Assembly (NCBI GenBank): GCA_047288015.1
Contig: CM103819.1
Span: 32,561,354-32,625,353 of the forward strand
DNA: 64,000 nucleotides
Source: Mactra antiquata
Taxonomy: Eukaryota
Direction: 5' to 3'
Position numbers and translations under genes: made by a program. Below, one piece after another: positions 48,835 to 59,606 of the stretch. The notes below the pieces were generated by a model. The model saw only the letters and a list, made by a program, of their open reading frames with translations. It made no database searches and was not told where the DNA came from. Within the stretch, counting starts at the first letter, position 1, and each line of letters begins with the position of its first letter.

Positions 48835-50796
48835 TGTTTCTAAACTACCAACTATAAGCCTTGGTTATCAATGTTGATTCGCCGCCACGCTTCAAATTAT
48901 TGACAAAACACTCTACAAATGCACAATTCACGTTAAAATAAAGTACAGTGCGTTTTAAGTTTGCCTCATTGCTCAACATACTATTCACTGTTACATAAAG
49001 ACCTTTTATTTCGCTCAGTATTGATTCTGCTCAATGTTGTTGGGTTTTTTACAATAACTATTGCACAATGAAGCTCAACCGTATCCGCCAAATGCTTTCG
49101 TTAATAATTATTCCTTATCTCTTCCACAGTTACTTGTCATTTAATGTTACATTATGCTAGTTAACTAGAACGTAAATCTGTTGAATAACTTAAGGAAGGC
49201 AAATATCGACTGAAGCAAAGCTAATGTAAGTTTAATGGAACATATTCTACCTTTACCTCAATATGGATTTATCAGCCAATATCCTTTTATACGACTTTCA
49301 CCCAGACAGCGACAGATGCTGATTTTAATTAATGTAGAAATATTATTATGACTCATTGACTCTGGTTTATGATCGATATTGTAGGACTGCATTGAAGAGA
49401 GTAAACATAATAAAAGCCCAAGGGATCATTGTTATTAATTTTATTACCATAAATATGTAGTAAAGTATGATCATTTATAAACCGTGCAGGTTTGATTGAT
49501 GTGATAGTGGAATCAATGAACCTTATCACAAAACATTCTACGGTAAAAATCATATACACAGAAAACATTAATAACAACAATACTTTGCCTATCGATTCCA
49601 AACAAAAAACAACAACAAAGAAACGTTTAATTACTCACACTTTTGAACCCTGTTTCATTAAAAATGAGTATATCACTATTAATTGTAACGGAATGATTTT
49701 TAAAATGATGCATATATAAAAAAGCCACCCTTAACACAAAAACAAAAATAAAATATAGGTCGCCCTGCTGGTCTCTTAGAATGTCCACTTGTTTGACCCC
49801 CCATACAGGTCATTTTGTAGAATTTTTAGTAAAACATATAACATTGAGAAGTGACTTGTTCCAGTGTTTTCTTTAATATTAAAAATCATTATATATTATA
49901 TATAATACATGCATGACTCAATTGTCAAAATGTGTTGAGAAAATAAATATTTATTACATGGGCATTGTCTCAAAATTGGTGCTCTAAGCGCCCGTAACAC
50001 TAGCTTTATTATTCATTTCAGAACCAAAAGGCTTGTGTCCCGTAACCGTTTCTGCATTCTATATCATGTGCAAGAAATGCCGTTGTTGCGAAATATGGCT
50101 ACTGCTAGAAATGATAAAAATACAAAACTGTCAAACGCCGCTGTCTTAAAACTATTCTTCTTACGAAGGTGCTGTGCTAATTAACATAACATGAAAAACA
50201 AGCATACTGCAGTCTATGATCTTAATGACGATAAATACATTGTGTTTTATTGGCCAATATACAAAAATATCATTTGATTGTGCTGAAAGATAAAATATAC
50301 AATAATTTAATGTTCGTGGATTGTGCCCGGAGGGTTTCAAATATATTTGTTTAATTTTGATGTATGTGATATTTTTGTATTTCAAATACAAATGTCAACT
50401 GGCGTGTTTTGGGCGATAAGTATTTATTGAAATTGTTATCACATAAAATTTAAGTAGAACTGCGAGATGAGGGTATTTGCCAATTTATATTGAACTGTCA
50501 CATATGGTGTGTATACACTCCAAATTTAATAGACTATTTCCGGAATTCATTTTTTCGGTTTATTTTCCACGAGGTACAAACATACTTTTACTGTTACTAT
50601 GAAAATATGTGTATACGGATTTAATCCGTGTTTCTTGATTTTCAGCAATAATGTGTAGAAAACTTTGTTTGTACCGCCTGCGCACGGATGGCAAAACCCA
50701 TAAATGTGAGTTCCGAATTAAGTCTATTAAAGCCACTATACTCAATTACAGCAGATAAGAAAACAATCTTACAACCTTAAAGTCAATTACATATAA

Positions 50797-50963
50797 CCGA
50801 CTATGGTTTATTCCATAGTCGCGGTTATCCGGGATACGTTGGGTTTTATCCTTAACTTCCGTTAACGTATTCACCCATGACAATGCACGTGCTTTTCCGA
50901 ATGATATTCACTTTTCAACCGACCACCGGACAATAGGTATGCACTTATTATAGCTTGTATTTT
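50797..50963 (+). repeat. Split direct repeat A1, the 5' terminus of the tyrosine-recombinase retroelement
   Basis: 'ccgactatggtttattccatagtcgcggttatccgggatacgttgggttttatccttaacttccgttaacg...cttattatagcttgtatttt' is identical to 56921-57087 and 58264-58430. Confidence 0.85.
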
Positions 50964-51690
50964 TGTGTGTTGTTAATTTTGTTGATTATTTTAATATTGA
51001 GAATTGCTGATGTTTTTATTTAATGCTTGATTTAAAAAGCATAAATTTGTTAGGAGGTAATAGGACTGGTTTGTGATTACACATACACATATTATTTGTG
51101 TGTTTAAACCGAGCGTAGACCATAGAGCATTCTTAAGTGTTTCAATTTTGTTTTATTTGATTGAAGTGAATAGTTATAAATTATTGGAAAGGCATATTTG
51201 TAGGTAAGGGTTTATTGTATCAATAGTGATAGTAGGCTTATGTTAAACTTTTGATACTGGTTACCACGTGGCAGGTATGATGGCGTTTACCACGTGGCAT
51301 TGAAAATTTTTGCATGAGGTGTACGGGTAAGCATTATGAAATATTTGTTAGGTATTACAATGTTAGCTATTGTTACATGCATTTTTAAATTTGAACTTGT
51401 AGTTAATATTTGACCATGGTTACTATCATATGCAAGTTTATTTATCCAAATATTATTTCGAGGTATAGGTCATTTGAGCAAGGCGTGTAACACGTGGCGG
51501 TAATATAAATTCTCCCATTAGTTAAATTGTGTGTAGCGATTGGAGAAATGTTTTTAATGAAATAATCCAGCAACTGAGTTTTAAAACATAAGTCCAGTTG
51601 GTCCAACGAAATTGCTTGCTGTTGTTTAATTTCAAATTCAGGTATTATTGACGACCATTTATGTAAAACAATTCTTCAAGAGATTGACTT

Positions 51691-52572
51691 GTGTCTTTCA
51701 TCAAGATGGAAAACTCTAGTGACCCTGTACAAAGAGTGGAGGAACACGTGGAGGAAGACCAACCAGGTCCTGCCAAGAAACAAAGAGTGGAGAAAAATAC
51801 TGACAGTAGCAATGGTAATATAATTACATTAGATCTTGATATAGAAAGATTATTGCAAAATAGTAATGCTGCGGTTCATAGTATACATTCAAGTATTGGA
51901 AGTCATGTACCCTCTAGCATTAGGAGCAAAATTTCCTCAGGCCAATATGTTGATCTTGAAAATGTACTTTCTCAAGATAGTAATTTGAGCGAAGGAAAGG
52001 TTTGTGTTAATTTGTCTGGAGAACTAGCTATTAAACCAGACTCCAAAAAGGTTAAAATTAATAACCTTGATTCATGGACTGATGCCTTCATCATATTTAC
52101 TAGTATTTATTTATTGTCGCATCCTGATCAAAGTCAAGCACTTCTTAAATACATGCAAAACGTTCGAACAGGTGCGAAGCGTCATGGAGGTTTGGGTTGG
52201 AAGCTCTATGACGAACAGTTCAGAATGAAATTGGCCGCTGACCCTTCTATGTGTTTTGACAAGATTGACTATGAACTTTGGTTGCTATATATGACACCGG
52301 GTGGTGCATTACAAAAAACCCAAACTAATCCAAACTTTAGTCAATTTAATTATAAGAAATGCTATGATTTTAACTATAGATATTGTAGTAGAGTAGATTG
52401 TCAGTATAAACATCTGTGTATAATTTGTGGTTTAAAACATCCTTGTAGGTCGTGTTATAGAGCCAGAGGTACATCAGCGCCAAGTCTGCGGGCCTCTGTC
52501 CCCCAGGGCCAATATTCCGATATCAGACCAGGTAGTAAACCTAGACATACCGGTCCGAGAGCGGGTAAATAG
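51691..52572 (+). CDS. Retroelement ORF1: a Gag-like protein with a C-terminal zinc-knuckle-like motif, C-x2-C-x3-H-x4-C ('CIICGLKHPCRSC')
   Basis: 293-aa ORF, the first ORF after a leader of about 730 bp. Its position and Cys/His motif are typical of DIRS/Ngaro gag. Confidence 0.6.
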   Translation: MSFIKMENSSDPVQRVEEHVEEDQPGPAKKQRVEKNTDSSNGNIITLDLDIERLLQNSNAAVHSIHSSIGSHVPSSIRSKISSGQYVDLENVLSQDSNLSEGKVCVNLSGELAIKPDSKKVKINNLDSWTDAFIIFTSIYLLSHPDQSQALLKYMQNVRTGAKRHGGLGWKLYDEQFRMKLAADPSMCFDKIDYELWLLYMTPGGALQKTQTNPNFSQFNYKKCYDFNYRYCSRVDCQYKHLCIICGLKHPCRSCYRARGTSAPSLRASVPQGQYSDIRPGSKPRHTGPRAGK

Positions 52573-52615
52573 TTTAGGTTTCACTCCAATAAAAGCAAAT
52601 GTTCTTGAAAGTTTT

Positions 52616-54187
52616 TTGTGTTTATATCCAAGACAGGATGATGCAAACATTTTGAAAAATGGCTTTAAAAGTGGGTTCAAGATAAATTTTACAGGGCTTG
52701 TCTCAATTCAGGAGGTTAAAAATTTAAAAAGTGCTAACTCTCACATGAATGAGTTAAAGCAAAAGATTTTAAAAGAAGTTAAATTAGGTAGAATTATGGG
52801 TCCTTTTGACACTCCACCATGGAATAACTTAAAAATATCACCTGTTGGTCTGGTACCCAAATCTGATGGTTCATGGAGGTTAATCACCCACCTTTCTTAT
52901 CCTGCTGGTTCCAGCGTTAATGATGGTATAGATGATGATTTATGTTCGGTTTTTTATACTTCGTTTGACCAAGTTGCTGATATGGGTTTTTGCTTAGGTA
53001 GGGGTGTATTGATGGCAAAAAGAGATATCAAATCCGCTTTCCGTCTGTTACCAATCAATCCCTCTGATTTTCATTTGTTGGGTATCAAAGTTGATGGCAA
53101 ATATTATGTAGATAAAATGTTACCCATGGGGCTAAAGATAAGTTGTGCATTGTTTGAAAACTTTTCGACTTTCATACATTGGCTAGTTAGTTACTTGGCA
53201 AAATTAAATTCTTTAGATCATTACCTAGATGACTTCATATTTGCAGGCAAGGCTCAGTCTAGCGATTGCACAAAATTAGTAGATACATTTACAATGGTGT
53301 GCTCTAATATAGGAATTCCTATAGCGGAAGATAAATCAATAGACCCAACCACTGTTTTGGTTTTCCTAGGTCTTGTAATAGATTCGGTTCAAATGTGTAT
53401 AAAAATACCCCTGGATAAATGTCATGAGTTAATCAAAATTTTGAACGAATTGTTATCGAAAAATAAAATTACGTTACTTGAATTACAAAAATTGACTGGG
53501 AAATTAAATTTCTTTGGAAAAGCAATTCGTTGTAGCCGGGCATTTTTGCGTCGTTTCTATGATTTAATGACCCCTCTTAAGAAACCCCATCATAGATTAC
53601 GTTTGACAGAGGAAGTTAGGAATGATATGAAAATGTGGCTGACATTTCTTAAAACTTTTAACGGAGTGACGTACATTCCAAAGAGTGTATGGATAAGTAA
53701 CTGTGTATTAGAATTATTCACCGATAGTGCAGGGTCTGGTCATTTAGGTTGTGGTTGTTATTTTAAAGGTAAATGGGCATTTTGGGCTTGGCCGGATCAT
53801 TGGTTGAAAGAAGAGATTTTATCAGACATGACATTTCTAGAAATGGTGCCGGTTTTACTGTCTATGTATTTATGGGCTTGGGAATTAAAACAAAACAAAA
53901 TCATTTTCAATATTGATAATGAATCTTTGGTATCCATTTTGAATAAGCAGTCGTCTCGCTCGAAGCGAGTTATGCACCTGGTGAGAGAATTTATCTTAAT
54001 AGCTATGAAATACGACATTTGTTTTAAGGCTGTTCATATTAGATCAATTCATAATAATATTGCTGATGCTATTTCTCGAAAACAGTGGCTTCGTTTCAAG
54101 GAGATCGCACCTGCGGCATTAGAACTACCAGAGCCAATTCCGCACAAATTCCTATCAACAGTCTTAAAGATGAAGTTGACAGACTAG
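52616..54187 (+). CDS. Retroelement ORF2: reverse transcriptase plus RNase H
   Basis: RT motifs 'SPVGLVPKSDGSWRLITHLS', 'DIKSAFRLLP', 'HYLDDFIFAG' (the YxDD box) and 'FLGLVID'. RNase H motifs 'FTDSAGSG', 'EMVPV', 'FNIDNESLV' and 'HIRSIHNNIADAISR'. Confidence 0.85.
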   Translation: MCLYPRQDDANILKNGFKSGFKINFTGLVSIQEVKNLKSANSHMNELKQKILKEVKLGRIMGPFDTPPWNNLKISPVGLVPKSDGSWRLITHLSYPAGSSVNDGIDDDLCSVFYTSFDQVADMGFCLGRGVLMAKRDIKSAFRLLPINPSDFHLLGIKVDGKYYVDKMLPMGLKISCALFENFSTFIHWLVSYLAKLNSLDHYLDDFIFAGKAQSSDCTKLVDTFTMVCSNIGIPIAEDKSIDPTTVLVFLGLVIDSVQMCIKIPLDKCHELIKILNELLSKNKITLLELQKLTGKLNFFGKAIRCSRAFLRRFYDLMTPLKKPHHRLRLTEEVRNDMKMWLTFLKTFNGVTYIPKSVWISNCVLELFTDSAGSGHLGCGCYFKGKWAFWAWPDHWLKEEILSDMTFLEMVPVLLSMYLWAWELKQNKIIFNIDNESLVSILNKQSSRSKRVMHLVREFILIAMKYDICFKAVHIRSIHNNIADAISRKQWLRFKEIAPAALELPEPIPHKFLSTVLKMKLTD

Positions 54188-55086
54188 TTTCGGTTTCTTT
54201 GTCTAAGAACACAGTGGATTCTTATCAAGTTGGAATACGAAGATTTGAGTCATTCAGGAGCCTTTATGGAATGTCGTTATGCTGGCCACCAATAATCGAA
54301 CAACTCAGCTTATACTTAGCGAACCTATCTATACAAGGGTTGTCTTACAACACAGTTAAATTGTATATTTGTGCCATTGCTTTTCAATGTAAATTAAAAG
54401 GCGTTGAGGATGTCACAAAGAGTTTTGTTATACAGAAACTCTTGACTGGTATTCAAAAGTCATACAAGAAAAAAGTTAGGCTTCCTATAACAGTAGAAAT
54501 GTTGCAATCAATGCTGCCGAATTTATCATCTGTTTGCACGGATCTATATGAAAGCAAGCTATTTGGTGCTGCGTTTACCCTAGCATTCTTTGGTTTCTTT
54601 CGAGTGGGTGAATTTACAGTTACTAGGAAAGAGTATATGTTGAGAATAATCTCATTTAGAGACATTACTTTAGACTTAAAGGCTGGGACTTTGTGTATAA
54701 ATTTGAGATATTCAAAAACAGATCAAAATGGAAGAGGTGTTTTTATAAAGTTATTTAAGAATAATACTTTGATTTGTCCGGTGGAGAACATGTCTTCTTT
54801 TCTTCAAGTGAGACCGGATAATAAGGGGCCCCTGTTTTGTCACTTTGATGGCAGACCTTTGACTCGATATCAATTCACCGCTGTTCTAAAGAAGGCATTA
54901 GCGAGTGTTAACGTAGAATATTCGTATTATAAAGCTCATTCTTTTAGAATAGGTGCAGCATCAACCGCTGCAAAATTAGGTCATTCTGTAGAGGTAATAA
55001 AATCAGCAGGACGTTGGTCTTCCGATGCATTTAGAGGTTATGTTCAGCCAATAAATGACTTGCATAAAATGCCTCTGTTACTGTAA
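54085..55086 (+). CDS. Retroelement ORF3: a tyrosine recombinase of the phage-integrase type, overlapping the end of ORF2 in another frame
   Basis: Catalytic signature residues: 'FFRVGEF' (R), 'RYSKTDQNGRG' (K), 'HSFRIGAAST' (H-x-x-R) and 'GRWSSDAFRGYV' (Y). There is an N-terminal core-binding-like region. Confidence 0.8.
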   Translation: MASFQGDRTCGIRTTRANSAQIPINSLKDEVDRLVSVSLSKNTVDSYQVGIRRFESFRSLYGMSLCWPPIIEQLSLYLANLSIQGLSYNTVKLYICAIAFQCKLKGVEDVTKSFVIQKLLTGIQKSYKKKVRLPITVEMLQSMLPNLSSVCTDLYESKLFGAAFTLAFFGFFRVGEFTVTRKEYMLRIISFRDITLDLKAGTLCINLRYSKTDQNGRGVFIKLFKNNTLICPVENMSSFLQVRPDNKGPLFCHFDGRPLTRYQFTAVLKKALASVNVEYSYYKAHSFRIGAASTAAKLGHSVEVIKSAGRWSSDAFRGYVQPINDLHKMPLLL

Positions 55087-55213
55087 TTATCGACTCTAGT
55101 TTGCTCAATGTAATACATTAAATAAACGCATTTTAAAATGTATATGAAGGTTATACATGTTGAACGGGGGTTCTTGTTGTATAGTAGTTAATGGATAATT
55201 TTATGTCTATATT

Positions 55214-55813
55214 ATGTATGTACATAATTACTTATTTCTAGAATCTGTGGTGTGGATTATTGGATCTTCTATTGTAAAGAATGCATTTATTGCTGCAAGA
55301 CAAAATAGTCATTTGAATATCAAGAATACAACCGTATGGTGGCAAGGATATAGTGGCCTCTGTCTTGAAAACTTGCGGTCTAAAGTAAGGCTGTTAGGTT
55401 CTGTCAATAATGACAGACCAGATATAATGATAATTCATTGCGGTGGCAATGACATCGGGAAAATACCCGTCAAGGCAATCAGAAATATCATAGGTTTTAT
55501 TTTTGCTTTAATCAAGAAATATTACCCAAGTATTAAGATTATTTGGTCAGAGATTTTGCCAAGATCGAATTGGAGTTATTCTTGCAATATTAAAAAGATG
55601 GAAAGATGTAGAAAACGTTTGAACAGTTTTGCTGGCAAATTAGCCATAAGCTATGGTGGCTTATATATTAGACATCAGTCTATTTGCGAGAAAAGTCACA
55701 TGTATTTGAAAGACGATGGTGTTCATCTGAATACTGAAGGAAACATATTATTCCTTGCTAAATTAAAGCAATCAATTTTAGACTGTTTTAATGGCTTAAG
55801 TTACACAGAGTAA
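55214..55813 (+). CDS. Retroelement ORF4: an SGNH/GDSL-family hydrolase (esterase or lipase-like) with all four conserved blocks
   Basis: Block I 'IIGSSIVKN' (nucleophilic Ser). Block II 'QGYSG'. Block III 'IHCGGNDIG' (GxND). Block V 'DDGVHLN' (DxxH). Confidence 0.7.
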   Translation: MYVHNYLFLESVVWIIGSSIVKNAFIAARQNSHLNIKNTTVWWQGYSGLCLENLRSKVRLLGSVNNDRPDIMIIHCGGNDIGKIPVKAIRNIIGFIFALIKKYYPSIKIIWSEILPRSNWSYSCNIKKMERCRKRLNSFAGKLAISYGGLYIRHQSICEKSHMYLKDDGVHLNTEGNILFLAKLKQSILDCFNGLSYTE

Positions 55814-55942
55814 TTAAAAATGGGACGCGCTGATGCAAAGTGTATTCTTTTTTGTTTTAATTTGTCATTCGTCATTCGCTGCCGCAAACTTTGGGTTTAG
55901 TTTGGCGGTTGTCTGTTTTTATTGCATAAAAACCGACAATGT

Positions 55943-58900
55943 GGCATCCAGCGAAGCAGAATGACTTGTATGGATGTACATTTATTGTGATATAAACTCT
56001 TAATCTAGATGTACCACTGAATATTGCATCCCAGGGTACAATGCATATAATTGTCATTTGGTGCTATTTATGTGAAATTGAATTTGTATTGCATACCCAT
56101 TTGAGTCAATTGAATTTGTTGTTATGATACCTTGAATTTGCCATTATGTAAAATAATTTTTGCCTACAGTGCTGTAGGTTGGCTGTCGCTTCTTTGTCTG
56201 TTGCTCTTCAAAATTAGTAAGGTTGAGCTAGTCCCTATACCTTCAGAAAGGTCGGCGGCTCAAGCGATGGCCAGTTTTGCTCAGTTGGCTATTTATAATT
56301 TGCCGAGTTGGCTATTTACTTTTGATACTTTTAATTCGCAACTTGTAAAGTAAGTTTTGCCTACAGTGCTGTAGGTTGGCTGTCGCTTCTTAGTCGTAGG
56401 CGGCTGAAGCGATGGCCCGTTTTGCCCAGTTGGCTATTTATATAGTTTTGCCTAGTTGGCTATTTATATTTTGCCGAGTTGGCTATTTACACAGTTTGCC
56501 GAGTTGGCTATTTAGATTTGGCCGAGTTGGCTATTTACACAGTTTGCCTAGTTGGCTATTTAGATTTTGCCCAGTTGGCTATTTACATACTTTTGCCCAT
56601 TTGGCTACTAACATACATTTGCCTAGTTGGCTATTTGCTACTTAATTTCATATGCTTTTGACTTAAATACAGTTACATGAAATTGGTATGTATACAAATT
56701 CAAGTTTTTGCTATTTAAAAGAATTGCATCAGTCGCGCCCATTTTTCGCCATACTTACAATATTAAATCATTAAATGTAGAGTTATTTACTTCATGGTTT
56801 GTTTTTACTTCTTTACAAATATCAATGATTGTGTGACAGCGATTTTTCCAATAGAGAACATCTATACACCAGTACTAAGCTGGAACACAATCATTGCTAC
56901 CAGAGTATTCCAGGATAAAACCGACTATGGTTTATTCCATAGTCGCGGTTATCCGGGATACGTTGGGTTTTATCCTTAACTTCCGTTAACGTATTCACCC
57001 ATGACAATGCACGTGCTTTTCCGAATGATATTCACTTTTCAACCGACCACCGGACAATAGGTATGCACTTATTATAGCTTGTATTTTAAACCCACCCACC
57101 CAACCCACATTAAATTTTATAAGCTTGCTGCGCTGTTATATTTATATTTTCAGTAGTACAAATATGGAATACTCCAAGAACTTGTGATTGATTTGTTGAA
57201 CATTATACATTAGTTCAAATCGTTAACAGCAATCATCAACTGGAGTAAATACCACATAGGATGGTGCGACTGACGTTAAACAACTGGCATCCAGCGAAGC
57301 AGAATGACTTGTATGGATGTACATTTATTGTGATATAAACTCTTAATCTAGATGTACCACTGAATATTGCATCCCAGGGTACAATGCATATAATTGTCAT
57401 TTGGTGCTATTTATGTGAAATTGAATTTGTATTGCATACCCATTTGAGTCAATTGAATTTGTTGTTATGATACCTTGAATTTGCCATTATGTAAAATAAT
57501 TTTTGCCTACAGTGCTGTAGGTTGGCTGTCGCTTCTTTGTCTGTTGCTCTTCAAAATTAGTAAGGTTGAGCTAGTCCCTATACCTTTAGAAAGGTCGGCG
57601 GCTCAAGCGATGGCCAGTTTTGCTCAGTTGGCTATTTATAATTTGCCGAGTTGGCTATTTACTTTTGATACTTTTAATTCGCAACTTGTAAAGTAAGTTT
57701 TGCCTACAGTGCTGTAGGTTGGCTGTCGCTTCTTAGTCGTAGGCGGCTGAAGCGATGGCCCGTTTTGCCCAGTTGGCTATTTATATAGTTTTGCCTAGTT
57801 GGCTATTTATATTTTGCCGAGTTGGCTATTTACACAGTTTGCCGAGTTGGCTATTTAGATTTGGCCGAGTTGGCTATTTACACAGTTTGCCTAGTTGGCT
57901 ATTTAGATTTTGCCCAGTTGGCTATTTACATACTTTTGCCCATTTGGCTACTAACATACATTTGCCTAGTTGGCTATTTGCTACTTAATTTCATATGCTT
58001 TTGACTTAAATACAGTTACATGAAATTGGTATGTATACAAATTCAAGTTTTTGCTATTTAAAAGAATTGCATCAGTCGCGCCCATTTTTCGCCATACTTA
58101 CAATATTAAATCATTAAATGTAGAGTTATTTACTTCATGGTTTGTTTTTACTTCTTTACAAATATCAATGATTGTGTGACAGCGATTTTTCCAATAGAGA
58201 ACATCTATACACCAGTACTAAGCTGGAACACAATCATTGCTACCAGAGTATTCCAGGATAAAACCGACTATGGTTTATTCCATAGTCGCGGTTATCCGGG
58301 ATACGTTGGGTTTTATCCTTAACTTCCGTTAACGTATTCACCCATGACAATGCACGTGCTTTTCCGAATGATATTCACTTTTCAACCGACCACCGGACAA
58401 TAGGTATGCACTTATTATAGCTTGTATTTTAAACCCACCCACCCAACCCACATTAAATTTTATAAGCTTGCTGCGCTGTTATATTTATATTTTCAGTAGT
58501 ACAAATATGGAATACTCCAAGAACTTGTGATTGATTTGTTGAACATTATACATTAGTTCAAATCGTTAACAGCAATCATCAACTGGAGTAAATACCACAT
58601 AGGATGGTGCGACTGACGTTAAACAACTGGCATCCAGCGAAGCAGAATGAATTGTATGGATGTACATTTATTGTGATATAAACTCTTAATCTAGATGTAC
58701 CACTGAATATTGCATCCCAGGGTACAATGCATATAATTGTCATTTGGTGCTATTTATGTGAAATTGAATTTGTATTGCATACCCATTTGAGTCAATTGAA
58801 TTTGTTGTTATGATACCTTGAATTTGCCATTATGTAAAATAATTTTTGCCTACAGTGCTGTAGGTTGGCTGTCGCTTCTTTGTCTGTTGCTCTTCAAAAT

Positions 58901-59606
58901 TAGTAAGGTTGAGCTAGTCCCTATACCTTTAGAAAGGTCGGCGGCTCAAGCGATGGCCAGTTTTGCTCAGTTGGCTATTTATAATTTGCCGAGTTGGCTA
59001 TTTACTTTTGATACTTTTAATTCGCAACTTGTAAAGTAAGTTTTGCCTACAGTGCTGTAGGTTGGCTGTCGCTTCTTAGTCGTAGGCGGCTGAAGCGATG
59101 GCCCGTTTTGCCCAGTTGGCTATTTATATAGTTTTGCCTAGTTGGCTATTTATATTTTGCCGAGTTGGCTATTTACACAGTTTGCCGAGTTGGCTATTTA
59201 GATTTGGCCGAGTTGGCTATTTACACAGTTTGCCTAGTTGGCTATTTAGATTTTGCCCAGTTGGCTATTTACATACTTTTGCCCATTTGGCTACTAACAT
59301 ACATTTGCCTAGTTGGCTATTTGCTACTTAATTTCATATGCTTTTGACTTAAATACAGTTACATGAAATTGGTATGTATACAAATTCAAGTTTTTGCTAT
59401 TTAAAAGAATTGCATCAGTCGCGCCCATTTTTCGCCATACTTACAATATTAAATCATTAAATGTAGAGTTATTTACTTCATGGTTTGTTTTTACTTCTTT
59501 ACAAATATCAATGATTGTGTGACAGCGATTTTTCCAATAGAGAACATCTATACACCAGTACTAAGCTGGAACACAATCATTGCTACCAGAGTATTCCAGG
59601 ATAAAA
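55943..59606 (+). repeat. Tandem array of about 2.7 copies of a 1343-bp unit (a B plus A unit) forming the 3' terminal region of the retroelement
   Basis: The period is visible from identical ORF-track entries at 56132, 57475 and 58818. The units are nearly identical, with single substitutions such as 'gacttg' versus 'gaattg'. Confidence 0.9.
56400..56640 (+). repeat. 21-bp minisatellite 'TTTGCC[G/T]AGTTGGCTATTTA[C/G]A', about 10 copies. It is repeated in each 1343-bp unit, also at 57743-57983 and 59086-59326.
   Basis: 'ttgccgagttggctatttacacagtttgccgagttggctatttagatttggccgagttggctatttacacag...'. It generates the spurious 73-, 77- and 60-aa ORFs in the track. Confidence 0.9.

Larger units (their letters stand above)
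50797..59606 (+). mobile_element. Tyrosine-recombinase retrotransposon of Ngaro or DIRS type, apparently intact. It has four ORFs (Gag-like, RT plus RNase H, tyrosine recombinase, SGNH hydrolase) and split direct repeats A1 ... B1' A2 B2 A3 B3.
   Basis: The 167-bp repeat A occurs at 50797-50963, 56921-57087 and 58264-58430. B (about 1176 bp) occurs at 57088-58263 and 58431-59606, with a 5'-shortened B at 55943-56920. ORF domains are listed separately. Similarity stops at 59606 ('..gtattccaggataaaa|caagctttagac'). Confidence 0.8.

Noticed and set aside
56400-56640. Regular 21-bp direct repeats, a possible CRISPR array
   Set aside because: The context is eukaryotic. The repeats are contiguous with no unique spacers. 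They are a minisatellite inside a retroelement terminal repeat.
56132-59347. Identical 73-, 77-, 60- and 61-aa ORFs recurring every 1343 bp
   Set aside because: They are generated by the 21-bp minisatellite and the tandem B-A units of the retroelement 3' region. They are not protein-coding.
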